This document shows positions 47,260-56,462 of a DNA stretch of 64,000 bases, piece after piece. The DNA comes from Caldisericia bacterium. GTDB lineage: Bacteria > Caldisericota > Caldisericia > UBA6126. The DNA is taken from NCBI GenBank assembly GCA_040767255.1, contig JAXGOZ010000006.1, positions 2,706 to 66,705 of the forward strand. Reading direction: 5' to 3'. Under the pieces are notes generated by a model. That model was not told the origin of the DNA. It saw nothing but the letters and a program-made list of their open reading frames with translations, and did not search any database. The first letter of the stretch is position 1. Each line of letters starts with the position of its first letter. A program made the position numbers and the translations under genes.

Positions 47260-48030
47260 TTACGGAGTAAACTGCTTTTTTGCATTAAAAAAACTTTTCC
47301 AGATAGTGATCGAAAAAAGAAAAACACTTAATGATACACTTCCGGAAATTCCTACCATAATGCCAATTTGATAGCGTATTGCTGTTATCGGGGATGAACC
47401 CGCAATAATCTGACCGCTCATCATACCAGGTAGAAAAATAATTCCCATCCCCAGCATTGAATTCAGCGTAGGAAGAATGGCTGCTTCAAAGCTTTTGTTG
47501 ACGATACCTCGAATTGCTTCTTGCGGCTGTGCTCCTAGGTGAAGTGATGTTTGTATTAGATCTTTGTTGGATTCAACATTGTCCAGAAGTGTTTTTAACC
47601 CAATAGAGATTCCCGTCATCGCATTACCAATAATCATTCCAGCTAAGGGAATCCAGTATCTAGGATCAAATAGGGAAGGAGGGTTCACAACTACGATTAA
47701 AAAGAAAACAAGAACCAGTAGGGTTCCGGTTGATAAACTTACTACGATACTTTTTACCATGGAGGGAGTAAGTCGTTTTTGTGCAAGCTTTTTTACATTC
47801 AGTACAGCAAAAGTGACCATCAACAGAATGATACCTAGAGTCAACCATGTGTTGTGAACCTGAAATATGAACCGTAGAAGGTATCCAGCTAAAACAAGCT
47901 GAATAGTCATTCGGAAAGAAGCGACAATGAGAAGTTTATCTTGTTGGATTCTACGGATTTTCATAAACAGATATAGCATTAAAATAAGGCTGTATGCAAT
48001 GATTAGTCGTATGAGATCAATATCGGTCAT
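47260..48030 (-). CDS. ABC transporter permease, FetB/YbbM (UPF0014) family
   Basis: Polytopic membrane protein containing …PLAGMIIGNAMTG…, characteristic of FetB-type permeases. It overlaps the ATPase gene by 4 nt. Confidence 0.7.
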   Translation of the reverse strand: MTDIDLIRLIIAYSLILMLYLFMKIRRIQQDKLLIVASFRMTIQLVLAGYLLRFIFQVHNTWLTLGIILLMVTFAVLNVKKLAQKRLTPSMVKSIVVSLSTGTLLVLVFFLIVVVNPPSLFDPRYWIPLAGMIIGNAMTGISIGLKTLLDNVESNKDLIQTSLHLGAQPQEAIRGIVNKSFEAAILPTLNSMLGMGIIFLPGMMSGQIIAGSSPITAIRYQIGIMVGISGSVSLSVFLFSITIWKSFFNAKKQFTP

Positions 48031-48671
48031 GATAACTGTAGAACCTTTTTTTGTTGAATATCGATGTGTTCGTCTGCCATAGAAGATAGCCTTTTTGAAT
48101 GGGAGGAATATATAAGCTTCATTGAATATTGGTGGTGCATGCCAATGATATATTCAATCACATGATTTGCAGTACCTTCATCCAGGGATGAGGTAGGTTC
48201 ATCAAGCAGAAGTACTTCGGGTTCTAGAAGCAGGCACCGAATAATGCAAACGCGTTGTGATTCACCACCGGAAAGCGAGGACATGGGTTCATCTAGCGCA
48301 ACATGTAACTTAAAATCATCCAAATACTTTTGGAGCTCCTGCTTAGGAGGGGCTGCCTTTTTTTGGATATCGCAACCAATAACAAGATTGTCCTGGACAG
48401 AACCTGGGAATAATACAGGCTTTTGTTCCACGAGGAGAACTTTCCTGCGGTGTAATACGATGTCGATGTCGAGAATATTCTGTCCTTTATAGAAAACATC
48501 TCCTGAACTAGGGCTTTTTGTGCCATTTAGGAAGTATAAAAGAGTGCTTTTTCCAGAACCTGAAGGACCAGTTATGGATGTAACTTTGGAAGTAGAAATG
48601 ATCAAATCCGATGGATGCAGAACGTCCAAAAAAGTAATCGATTGGCAACGAAATAACTCTTCCATGAGCAA
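48027..48671 (-). CDS. ABC transporter ATP-binding protein (FetA/YbbL-like)
   Basis: Walker A GPSGSGKST, signature LSGGESQR, Walker B LLLDEPTSSLD. Confidence 0.8.
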   Translation of the reverse strand: MLMEELFRCQSITFLDVLHPSDLIISTSKVTSITGPSGSGKSTLLYFLNGTKSPSSGDVFYKGQNILDIDIVLHRRKVLLVEQKPVLFPGSVQDNLVIGCDIQKKAAPPKQELQKYLDDFKLHVALDEPMSSLSGGESQRVCIIRCLLLEPEVLLLDEPTSSLDEGTANHVIEYIIGMHHQYSMKLIYSSHSKRLSSMADEHIDIQQKKVLQLS

Positions 48672-48973
48672 TATTATATTGAAAAATAAAAACCTTTTTT
48701 AAAAAACAAGTTGGTAATTTGTAGGGGTAGTAGACAAATGGCATTGTGATAAAAAGCTCTTATAATGGGGAAAAACGAGATTTTAGTAGAAACTGCATTT
48801 CCTAATTATCAAAAAGATGCCCCTTGTGTATAGAATCACCAACAATTTTGATAAAAACTTGATTAAATCAGGCTAGGTCAAGAAGTAATACAGAACTCAT
48901 TTTTTAAAAATAGAGAAATAGTTTTTCTAAAAAAAATGGAAAGTTAAATTTCTCCTTTTCAAGTCTTCTTAGA

Positions 48974-49005
48974 AAATAACCGTGGAAAACCTGTGGATAA
49001 TATTG
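48974..49005 (+). promoter_or_regulatory. Distal copy of a ~28-nt direct repeat (AAATAACcGTGGAAAAccTGTGGATAAtA). It contains a perfect DnaA-box 9-mer TGTGGATAA (48992-49000) and a 2-mismatch box 11 bp upstream.
   Basis: Two box-like 9-mers in direct orientation are spaced one helical turn apart. The repeat recurs 180 bp downstream at 49155-49183. Confidence 0.35.
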
Positions 49006-49154
49006 AGGAAAAACCCAGCTTTTTTCTATAATCTCTGGTTTTAATTTCCTTTCTCTGGGAGAAAATTCTCAAACAATATGTATAATGAGGGTTGTGGTAA
49101 TGGTCAAATGCAATCTTAACGAAAAGAACACTTTTCAAAGAATCCCACAGTTTT

Positions 49155-49183
49155 CAAATAACTGTGGAAAAAAGGTGGATAAA
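49155..49183 (+). promoter_or_regulatory. Proximal copy of the direct repeat (AAATAACtGTGGAAAAaagGTGGATAAaA). It overlaps the RBS AGGTGGA of the 49186 gene and is preceded by a CCACAG…CTGTGG hairpin.
   Basis: TGTGGAAAA (1 mismatch) and GGTGGATAA (1 mismatch) are DnaA-box-like words 10 bp apart. The inverted repeat CCACAG(49145-49150)/CTGTGG(49162-49167) is present. An extended -10 TGTATAAT lies at ~49079-49086, upstream. Confidence 0.35.
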
Positions 49184-49185
49184 AA

Positions 49186-49545
49186 ATGCAAAACTGGTTT
49201 GTATATGTTTTTATAGGATTTGCCGGAGGCATTCTGAGTGGCCTTTTAGGAATAGGTGGAGGCATTCTCATTATACCAATGCTGGTTTTAATGGGCTTTC
49301 CTCAGTTAACTGCACAAGGAACCACCCTGGCATTAATGGTTTTGCCTATTGGTTTATGGGGTGCATTCGAGTATTACAAACAAGGTCATGTAGAAATATG
49401 GGTTGGGGTTTGTATTGTAGCTGGTTTTTTTATTGGAGCTTTCTTTGGAGCAAAAGGAGCAATGAAAATCCCCACTCTTTGGCTGAAAAGAATATTTGGA
49501 GTTGTCATGATTTTTGCTGCTCTTCGATTAATTTTTTCTAAGTGA
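49186..49545 (+). CDS. Half-size TauE/SafE (DUF81) family membrane protein, 119 aa
   Basis: GILSGLLGIGGGILIIPMLV…AQGTTLA is the TauE repeat-unit signature. It has only ~4 TM helices, whereas the full-length family has 8. Confidence 0.65.
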   Translation: MQNWFVYVFIGFAGGILSGLLGIGGGILIIPMLVLMGFPQLTAQGTTLALMVLPIGLWGAFEYYKQGHVEIWVGVCIVAGFFIGAFFGAKGAMKIPTLWLKRIFGVVMIFAALRLIFSK

Positions 49546-49583
49546 TGAAAATGATCATTGGAATTGGAAACGAATAACCAGGT

Positions 49584-50435
49584 ATGAAGAAAAAGCTCAT
49601 ACTTTTTTCTATATTGCTGATTGTGGGGGTATTTGTAATGGATTTGCTTTTTTATCACCAACCTCGGATCACTCATTATGAAGTGCACACCAACAAGATA
49701 CCCGAAGAATTTCATGGTTTCACTATTCTTCAAATCTCAGATTTACATGATGCTACTTTTGGTAAGTCTCAAAGAAACCTTCTTCATATTATTGCATCTG
49801 AAAAACCTTCTATCGTTGTATTTACAGGAGATCTTATTGAAAGACGCTGTGAAGAAAACAAACAGGGTTTGGTATTAATGAAAGAATTAGCAAAGGATTA
49901 TCCCTTGTATTATGTCACGGGTAATCATGAGGAATCTCTTTACAACGAAGAATATCAAAGCCTGATAGAGGATTTACAAAGTGTTCATGTAAATATCCTA
50001 ATGAACGAAGGAATTGTTTTAACCCATAACTCTTCTCACTTACTTTTGATAGGCCTTCGTGATGCACTCGCTACTCCAGCAGAGGATTACACAGAAATTA
50101 TTGAAAGTGTGTCAAGTCATTACGATGAAGATATATTCAGGATTTTAATGGTTCATCGTCCAGAGTTTTTTTCTCAATATGTGAAGGCTAAAGTGGATAT
50201 TGTATTATCTGGGCATACTCATGGAGGACAAATACGTTTCCCTTGTATTGGTGGAATCTATGCACCCAATCAGGGCTTTTTCCCACGCTATATTGAGGGA
50301 GAGTATCGCGAGAAACAAACCACAATGTTTGTTAATCGAGGTTTAGGAGCTACAGTTTTGCCTTTTCGTTTATTCAACCCTCCAGATATCAGCGTTATTC
50401 ATCTTTATCATTCTACCGATGGAATGGATACATAG
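49584..50435 (+). CDS. Membrane-anchored metallophosphoesterase (calcineurin-like, YkuE-type)
   Basis: N-terminal TM helix. Motifs are ISDLHD, GDLIE, GNHE, and GHTHGGQ. Confidence 0.8.
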   Translation: MKKKLILFSILLIVGVFVMDLLFYHQPRITHYEVHTNKIPEEFHGFTILQISDLHDATFGKSQRNLLHIIASEKPSIVVFTGDLIERRCEENKQGLVLMKELAKDYPLYYVTGNHEESLYNEEYQSLIEDLQSVHVNILMNEGIVLTHNSSHLLLIGLRDALATPAEDYTEIIESVSSHYDEDIFRILMVHRPEFFSQYVKAKVDIVLSGHTHGGQIRFPCIGGIYAPNQGFFPRYIEGEYREKQTTMFVNRGLGATVLPFRLFNPPDISVIHLYHSTDGMDT

Positions 50436-51691
50436 AAAAATATGCTACGATAAGGTTTTCCAACTGCATTGTTTAAACAACCAATCGCGTATCCGTCGTA
50501 ATAAAGCATAGATCCATTTGAATATTCAACATCCATAGAGGGGCCTATATGTTTTTTTTCCATCAAAGTTCCATGGTCTAGAGTTATTGTAAGAAGACTA
50601 CCGTCTGTTAGTAATGCATACATAGTTTTGTGAGTAGGATCAACCATCATGTCTAAAACACTAGCTTTTGAGTCAATCGAAAATCTCCATAATTCTTTAA
50701 AATCTTCTGTATTGATACATACAATTTCACCTTGATGAAAAAGCTCTCCAATCAAAAGCGGTTGTTTTTCTTTGAGGAAAGTAAACACCGGTGAAGTAGG
50801 GAAAGAGCCAATGGGTGTATAGTCTATTCTTTTTTCTTGTAAGATTTCACCACTTGTAGTATAGGATTGTATTTGTAAGCTTCTCTGGTCTAACGAATCA
50901 TAACGGTATGCCGTATAAAACCTTTGCAATACACTACTGAAAGAAGCGTCTTTTAATATCATTGACGTTGGTTGGTTTGGATTTGGATGATAACTCCATG
51001 ATTCTGATGGAGCAGTTGTTTTCAATGCATTGAATTGGATTGAATAAGGACCTGTACCTTTCGAGAGATAGTAATACGTAGAACCAATCAAATGAGACTG
51101 GAAAACGCGATCCTGTAGAGTATGTTTTTGTATCGACATGTCTTTTGCGATGAATAAAAGATTTTGATACGCTGCCAAAGCAGTTGTTTTTGATGAGACA
51201 TCAGCAGAAAAATGGAGTTTTATGGTTCCTTGAGAAAATATGGGATATTCCGATAAAGATAGGGAAGATGGCTTCTTTACTTCGACTTCAGGGTTACTAG
51301 GGGTGCAATATAAGTCTTTTGTTTGAAGGGATTGATTCTCAATAGATAAGTAGCGACTAATAGGGTTGCCATCAGTATCTGTACCACTTCCAACAAAATG
51401 ATTCAAACACCGTTCTTGAGATATGGGGAACAATACCTTCCCGGTGGGATTCTCGGATAGGGGGTAAAAGTGAAGTAATCCATAATCTGTTGAGCCAAAA
51501 GCATGGTTGTTCGTAATACTTATAGTATTGATAGGGGTATTGGATAAAGTTACAAACCACCCATCTTCTGTTACTTGAATATGATTTAAATCCGCTACAA
51601 CATCTGGGTTTGCTTTTCTTAAAGAGCAATGCATAGAAGAGAAGCATAAGAAGAGAAGAGTGGATACAATGAAAAAAGATTTCCATTTCAT
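50408..51691 (-). CDS. Secreted hypothetical protein with a signal peptide and no recognisable domain
   Basis: MKWKSFFIVSTLLFLCFSSMHC is a signal peptide. It is 427 aa and Ser/Thr/Tyr-rich. Its 3' end overlaps the convergent phosphoesterase gene by 28 nt. Confidence 0.5.
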   Translation of the reverse strand: MKWKSFFIVSTLLFLCFSSMHCSLRKANPDVVADLNHIQVTEDGWFVTLSNTPINTISITNNHAFGSTDYGLLHFYPLSENPTGKVLFPISQERCLNHFVGSGTDTDGNPISRYLSIENQSLQTKDLYCTPSNPEVEVKKPSSLSLSEYPIFSQGTIKLHFSADVSSKTTALAAYQNLLFIAKDMSIQKHTLQDRVFQSHLIGSTYYYLSKGTGPYSIQFNALKTTAPSESWSYHPNPNQPTSMILKDASFSSVLQRFYTAYRYDSLDQRSLQIQSYTTSGEILQEKRIDYTPIGSFPTSPVFTFLKEKQPLLIGELFHQGEIVCINTEDFKELWRFSIDSKASVLDMMVDPTHKTMYALLTDGSLLTITLDHGTLMEKKHIGPSMDVEYSNGSMLYYDGYAIGCLNNAVGKPYRSIFFYVSIPSVE

Positions 51692-51703
51692 GGGGATACC
51701 TCC

Positions 51704-52753
51704 TTAATATATAGGAAACAACCAGGTAGAAGGGTTTTTGTACCCTGCCTCATTTTGATATATCAAAGTTTCTTTTTCGTTTTGGAAAATTGTAACAAAA
51801 TCCTTTGAAACATCGATTCTACTGGTCGGAGAATTGTTTTCAACGACAAGGATTTTGCAAGTGGATTGATCGTAAACTTTTTTCATGATAAGAGTATTTT
51901 GATACCGGTACAATTTAGCTTGGATTGGTGTATGAGGTTTCAGATCGATTTTTGTTTCAAGATTCTCCCGATATTCAACTGTCCCATTGTGAAGGACAAC
52001 AGAACGAATGGAACCATCCAATAGGGCAAACCAGATTCGTCCCTGACAAACAACAACATTGCTTCCCTCGCCAGTTTCTTGAAACTCAACATCGTTTGTT
52101 ACAATTCTCCACTGGATGGATTGATCAGACCATTGTCCTTCTACTACACCAAATTTTATATTGGTTTCATGATCCAACCATGCAAATTGGAAATACATAT
52201 AGGTTGTTGCTTCAATCTCAATAGCATCTAAAGGTCGGATTAGGACTGCATTGGTATATTCTTCTAGATCAGGTCTGAGTGTAATTTTGTCTTGTTTATA
52301 CCCATAGTATTCTGCAGTTGCTTGAGCGTGGTTGCCATAATCCTGGATAGAAAGCTGGATGGATAAAGTAGGACGCAAAATTCTTTGAATAGAAAGAGAT
52401 GATTTTGATCGCACGTATGTAGGGTGGAATAAGGAACCTTCAGGAGTTATGATACTGGGTTCTATAGAAGGGGGTAGTAATGCTTCTTGATCTCCATTCC
52501 ATACAAGGGAATCAATGCATTTCTCAGAGGATGCAAACAAAGGGTTTTCAGCAAACAGAATTGTCCCGTCACGCAAATTCCATTGATGAGAGGTGTAGCT
52601 TGTGTCTGCTTCTTCCTCAAAACATGTCATAAATGGAATCGTATCGTTGGGTGGGAATACACGAGAGTGTCGGAAATCGTAGATCAGGACAAAAACAATC
52701 ACAACAATGGATAACAAGATAATCCATATATTCTTACCCAGAAGTTGTTTCAT
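51704..52753 (-). CDS. Membrane-anchored hypothetical protein with an N-terminal TM helix and an extracytoplasmic domain
   Basis: …IWIILLSIVVIVFVLIY… is a TM anchor. It is 349 aa and has no recognisable motifs. Confidence 0.5.
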   Translation of the reverse strand: MKQLLGKNIWIILLSIVVIVFVLIYDFRHSRVFPPNDTIPFMTCFEEEADTSYTSHQWNLRDGTILFAENPLFASSEKCIDSLVWNGDQEALLPPSIEPSIITPEGSLFHPTYVRSKSSLSIQRILRPTLSIQLSIQDYGNHAQATAEYYGYKQDKITLRPDLEEYTNAVLIRPLDAIEIEATTYMYFQFAWLDHETNIKFGVVEGQWSDQSIQWRIVTNDVEFQETGEGSNVVVCQGRIWFALLDGSIRSVVLHNGTVEYRENLETKIDLKPHTPIQAKLYRYQNTLIMKKVYDQSTCKILVVENNSPTSRIDVSKDFVTIFQNEKETLIYQNEAGYKNPSTWLFPIY

Positions 52754-52786
52754 ATATACTCCTTTGTGTTGTTAGGGACAAGAACT

Positions 52787-53551
52787 TTAGAGTAAGTCTA
52801 TAATAAGTTTAACAGCAACAGCGAGTGTTACAATTACAAAAATTGGTTTCACTATTTTGTTACCATTTTTAATCGCCATGTGGGATCCTAACCAGGAACC
52901 TGCAATCATGAAAATTCCCACGGGGATCCCAACCAGAAATAGTACTTTCCCATACAAAATGAAGGTGATTAATGACGTGATGTTGCTTATGAAATTTAGA
53001 AAACGTGCATTGGCGCTGGACTTTAAATAATCAAAACCAAATAGCTTAATGAAAATGAACATTAAAAATGATCCGGTTCCAGGTCCAAAAAAACCGTCAT
53101 AGAATCCCAACAACAAGGAAAACAACATCCCGATCCAAATGCTTTTTTTTGTAGGTCGGTGGAGAGATGTGTCGACGGAACCAAGAGATGGGTGGAAGAT
53201 TGAATAAAGACCAATTGACAGAATGCCGATACTAAGTAGGACGTTTAGCAAAGCATTGTTGATGGACAGGATGGTTCTCACACCAACAATGGAGCCAATC
53301 AGAGTGAACGGAGCAAGAAATGACATTAAGCGAAGGTTTGTCTTTTTTGAACATAAATATTTGAAAGAACTTGTAAAAGAGGAAAAGCTTGCGGACAGTT
53401 TATTTGTACCCAATGTCAGCTGAGGGGGCAAACCTGCAGCCAAATAAGCAGGTATGGTGATGATACCACCACCTCCCGCAATGCTATCTACCCAGGCACC
53501 AATAAATCCAAATGCACATAAAAAAATATAGGTTGAAAAATGTAGATCCAC
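52787..53551 (-). CDS. TauE/SafE family (sulfite/anion exporter-like) membrane protein, full length
   Basis: Two repeat units are present, each with a GxGGG motif (AGGGGIITIPAYL… and FFGPGTGSFLMF…). Length is 254 aa. Confidence 0.8.
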   Translation of the reverse strand: MDLHFSTYIFLCAFGFIGAWVDSIAGGGGIITIPAYLAAGLPPQLTLGTNKLSASFSSFTSSFKYLCSKKTNLRLMSFLAPFTLIGSIVGVRTILSINNALLNVLLSIGILSIGLYSIFHPSLGSVDTSLHRPTKKSIWIGMLFSLLLGFYDGFFGPGTGSFLMFIFIKLFGFDYLKSSANARFLNFISNITSLITFILYGKVLFLVGIPVGIFMIAGSWLGSHMAIKNGNKIVKPIFVIVTLAVAVKLIIDLL

Positions 53552-53574
53552 TAAACACCCCTACAATGTTTTCT

Positions 53575-54348
53575 TTACAATATGAAAAAATGATATGCAG
53601 CATAGGCTAAAGACAATAGAGCACTATTCCACACTGCATGAAAGGTAAAGCCCCAAAAAAAACCAAACTGCATTCGTAGATACCCAATCACTAAACCAGA
53701 AAGAAATTGTGGAAGAACCAGGAGAGGCGTTAGACAAAATACCCAAAGAGAAGCGTTTGAGAAGTTTGAAATATGCAAAAGTCCAAATAGAATGGCAAAT
53801 CCATAATAAATCCATCGGAAATGTTTTTTCCAAAATAATTCAATGGAATTTTTATTGCGGTAAAAAACAAAAATCCCAACTCCTCCGATAAGCAGTGATA
53901 TGCCAATCATTGACAAAGTGAAGAAAGGATTGGAGGGGGTTTGTTGATAAAGGACAGAGAATAATAAAATAAGTACATAAGACAACGCAATCCCAAGTGA
54001 AACAGGATGAAAAAACAAGGGTAAACGAAAGCCAATTTCTTCAAAAAAAGGAAGTGCTATCCCCCCAACAAACAAGATATAAATATAGGAATTGGATTGC
54101 ACAAAATCAGTTAGCTCGTTAGTAGTTGTAGAACCAAGTTGAGAATCAACCGAGAATAGTATGAAAGTTGTGATAGAGCTCAGAACAATTTGTACAATAA
54201 GGTTAATTGACAGAAACTTTAGCATAGTTTCGACTTTTTGACCAAAAGGTATCTTGTCTATGTGTATAGCTGTAGTGGGATATCGAACATAGTGGAGTAG
54301 GTTCTCGATTGCATTGTATGCAATGTCTTTTGTAGAATGCAGTTTCAT
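53575..54348 (-). CDS. CPBP-family intramembrane glutamic endopeptidase (CAAX protease/Abi-like)
   Basis: Motif 1 EEIGFR, motif FxxxH (…LLHISNF), and motif HAVWN are present. It is a polytopic membrane protein. Confidence 0.75.
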   Translation of the reverse strand: MKLHSTKDIAYNAIENLLHYVRYPTTAIHIDKIPFGQKVETMLKFLSINLIVQIVLSSITTFILFSVDSQLGSTTTNELTDFVQSNSYIYILFVGGIALPFFEEIGFRLPLFFHPVSLGIALSYVLILLFSVLYQQTPSNPFFTLSMIGISLLIGGVGIFVFYRNKNSIELFWKKHFRWIYYGFAILFGLLHISNFSNASLWVFCLTPLLVLPQFLSGLVIGYLRMQFGFFWGFTFHAVWNSALLSLAYAAYHFFIL

Positions 54349-54360
54349 AAGAAAAGTATC

Positions 54361-56430
54361 TTATTGAGAAACTTGAGGAAAAAGACCTGTTAAATCAGGA
54401 TTTTCTTCAATTTTATAAATTGTATACCGTCCCTGTTTTCGGGTAAAATAAAAGGCAACATTTTCTCTATCTTTGACTCGAAAGGTTATCACGTCTTCTC
54501 CTTTTGAATTCTGAACCCATTTCGGGCAAGAGTAAAAGCCAGTGTTACCAACGATCTCAAGTTCTTTTGTTTGTTCTATGAGGGAAGGGTCCGTTACGAA
54601 TTCTTTTGCTTTTTCGGTGTTGCTATTATACAGGTAATGCAAATAGTCAACAAGCGTTTGATAGGGAGACTGAACAATGCTAGAACTCATCAAACTATAT
54701 GTTTCCTGATCCAAAATCCATACCTCTTCGTAAAAACGATGATAGGTTGAAGAGCTGCATTCTCCAAAAAGATAACTTTTTCCTGTTGGATCTAATATGA
54801 TTTGGCCTTTTGCTGTTACCATTTCAAAATTAGGCTCATTGACGTGAATAGATCCATTTGGATAAAAAGGGGAAGTCCATTGAAGACGCCATTGATCATT
54901 GGACAGAGTAAAGTATTGATATGCTTTTAGTGACAAATCTTGAGATGGCTTTTCGTGAAGAATTAATGCCATTTTGCCTTGGTTTGTGTAAAACTTTTCT
55001 GGTTTTGAAAACTCAGAATGTTGGTGGGAAAAGGAGTCAATATAAAAAAGCACTGAAGTGCGAATGCTTTGATCTTCTGCCCATGCAATAACAGTTCCCA
55101 TGTTTTTCACTTGAAACAAAACCATCCCTTCAAATGTATCAGGGAGCAATGAAGGTAAAACGGGATCAGATACCTCAATAAGAGGGGATTGAGACGTTCC
55201 CCATTCCTGAAAAGAATCCCAACGTAAAAGAAGGTTGTGAAAGTCTCTAGTTTGAAAGTAGTTTTGAATTCTTTGATAGGGTTCAATATAGTTTGCTTTT
55301 GGTTCAAGGTCAATTTGAGGGGGTAATTCGATTGGGTATTTCTGCATTTCGTATTCTTCTGACGATATCTTTGGCATTAATTCCCAAACGCTTTTTGATG
55401 CAGAGTATTTGCCTTGTTTTAAAAGGGAGTCTTGGAGAAAAATATATGCTTTTTTCTTAAACAGCTTCATCGGGAAGGGTTCATCAGGTATATCGGGGAT
55501 CCAGTTTTGTAATATTAATTGTGCTTCTTCGTACTGTCCCAGTTGAAGAAGGCATTTGCACTGCAAAGATACAAGAAGATTCTTTTGTTCAGTAGACATC
55601 GTATTCATTTGTGATTGAAGCAATCTTTTAATCTTTTGCAGAGCAATGGCACTATCCTGCGCATATGTTTCGTACTCAATTAATTGAAGGCTTAACTCTA
55701 GGTTTGAGCTATTGCTACGTACTTTTTCTTTGTATTCTTCTACAATAGATGGATAGAAATAAGGGTAGGAATCTTCTGCAAAAACAAAGTTAAAATTATA
55801 TTCCCAACTGCTCAAACGGAACAATTGAATGGTTTCATCGCCATCTTCATCGGTTATCCATCTTGCGATCTCGGGTTTGTCGTCATTACCATAGGCTCCG
55901 GGAAAATTTTCAATGTATAGCTTATCGTAATCGATAGAGTTCACTCTACTGAGGGACCATTCTTCTGCTATTGTGTCAATAAGGTATATGTATAATGTCT
56001 TTTTTTTGTTGTGCTGTTGTACTCCAACATAGATAAATTGTTTATGAAGATACACCCAATCTAGTAGTTCTCCTTGAATCAAACTCCAGCCTTTTTGTTT
56101 CCATGTATTCTCTTCCTTGGAGTATAGGTTCAGTTGTAGATGACTGGGGTAATCAGGATGATCAAGAAAGATCACCCCTTCTTCACCAGGGTTTCCGTCA
56201 AACTCATCGTAGACTGCATAAGATCCAGGGTTGCTTTTAGGGATAAAAACTCTCATGTTGTCGGGAATTTCAGAAGAAAACCGAACAGAAAGTTGAGAAA
56301 TTTTAGTGGTTCTCGCAGATGGTAAAAAGGAATCCTCTACAGTGTTAATGTTTGTTTTTTGGCAAGAAACAAAAGAAAGTGTACATGAAAACAAAAATAG
56401 ACAAAGTAGGCTAGAAAGGAACGTTTTCAT
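54361..56430 (-). CDS. Putative lipoprotein, 689 aa, uncharacterised
   Basis: The signal peptide has a lipobox-like LFLFSC. The protein is Tyr/Trp-rich, with a TPR-like helical stretch (…LQCKCLLQLGQYEEAQLILQNWIP…). Confidence 0.5.
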   Translation of the reverse strand: MKTFLSSLLCLFLFSCTLSFVSCQKTNINTVEDSFLPSARTTKISQLSVRFSSEIPDNMRVFIPKSNPGSYAVYDEFDGNPGEEGVIFLDHPDYPSHLQLNLYSKEENTWKQKGWSLIQGELLDWVYLHKQFIYVGVQQHNKKKTLYIYLIDTIAEEWSLSRVNSIDYDKLYIENFPGAYGNDDKPEIARWITDEDGDETIQLFRLSSWEYNFNFVFAEDSYPYFYPSIVEEYKEKVRSNSSNLELSLQLIEYETYAQDSAIALQKIKRLLQSQMNTMSTEQKNLLVSLQCKCLLQLGQYEEAQLILQNWIPDIPDEPFPMKLFKKKAYIFLQDSLLKQGKYSASKSVWELMPKISSEEYEMQKYPIELPPQIDLEPKANYIEPYQRIQNYFQTRDFHNLLLRWDSFQEWGTSQSPLIEVSDPVLPSLLPDTFEGMVLFQVKNMGTVIAWAEDQSIRTSVLFYIDSFSHQHSEFSKPEKFYTNQGKMALILHEKPSQDLSLKAYQYFTLSNDQWRLQWTSPFYPNGSIHVNEPNFEMVTAKGQIILDPTGKSYLFGECSSSTYHRFYEEVWILDQETYSLMSSSIVQSPYQTLVDYLHYLYNSNTEKAKEFVTDPSLIEQTKELEIVGNTGFYSCPKWVQNSKGEDVITFRVKDRENVAFYFTRKQGRYTIYKIEENPDLTGLFPQVSQ

Positions 56431-56462
56431 GATACTATTGTATCACGATTCAAAATATTGTC

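Noticed and set aside
49164-49541. 125-aa ORF MEKRWIKNAKLVCICF… overlapping the TauE-like gene in another frame
   Set aside because: It is an alternative frame of a gene with a clear TauE signature and a perfect SD. It starts at GTG inside the repeat element, so it is spurious.
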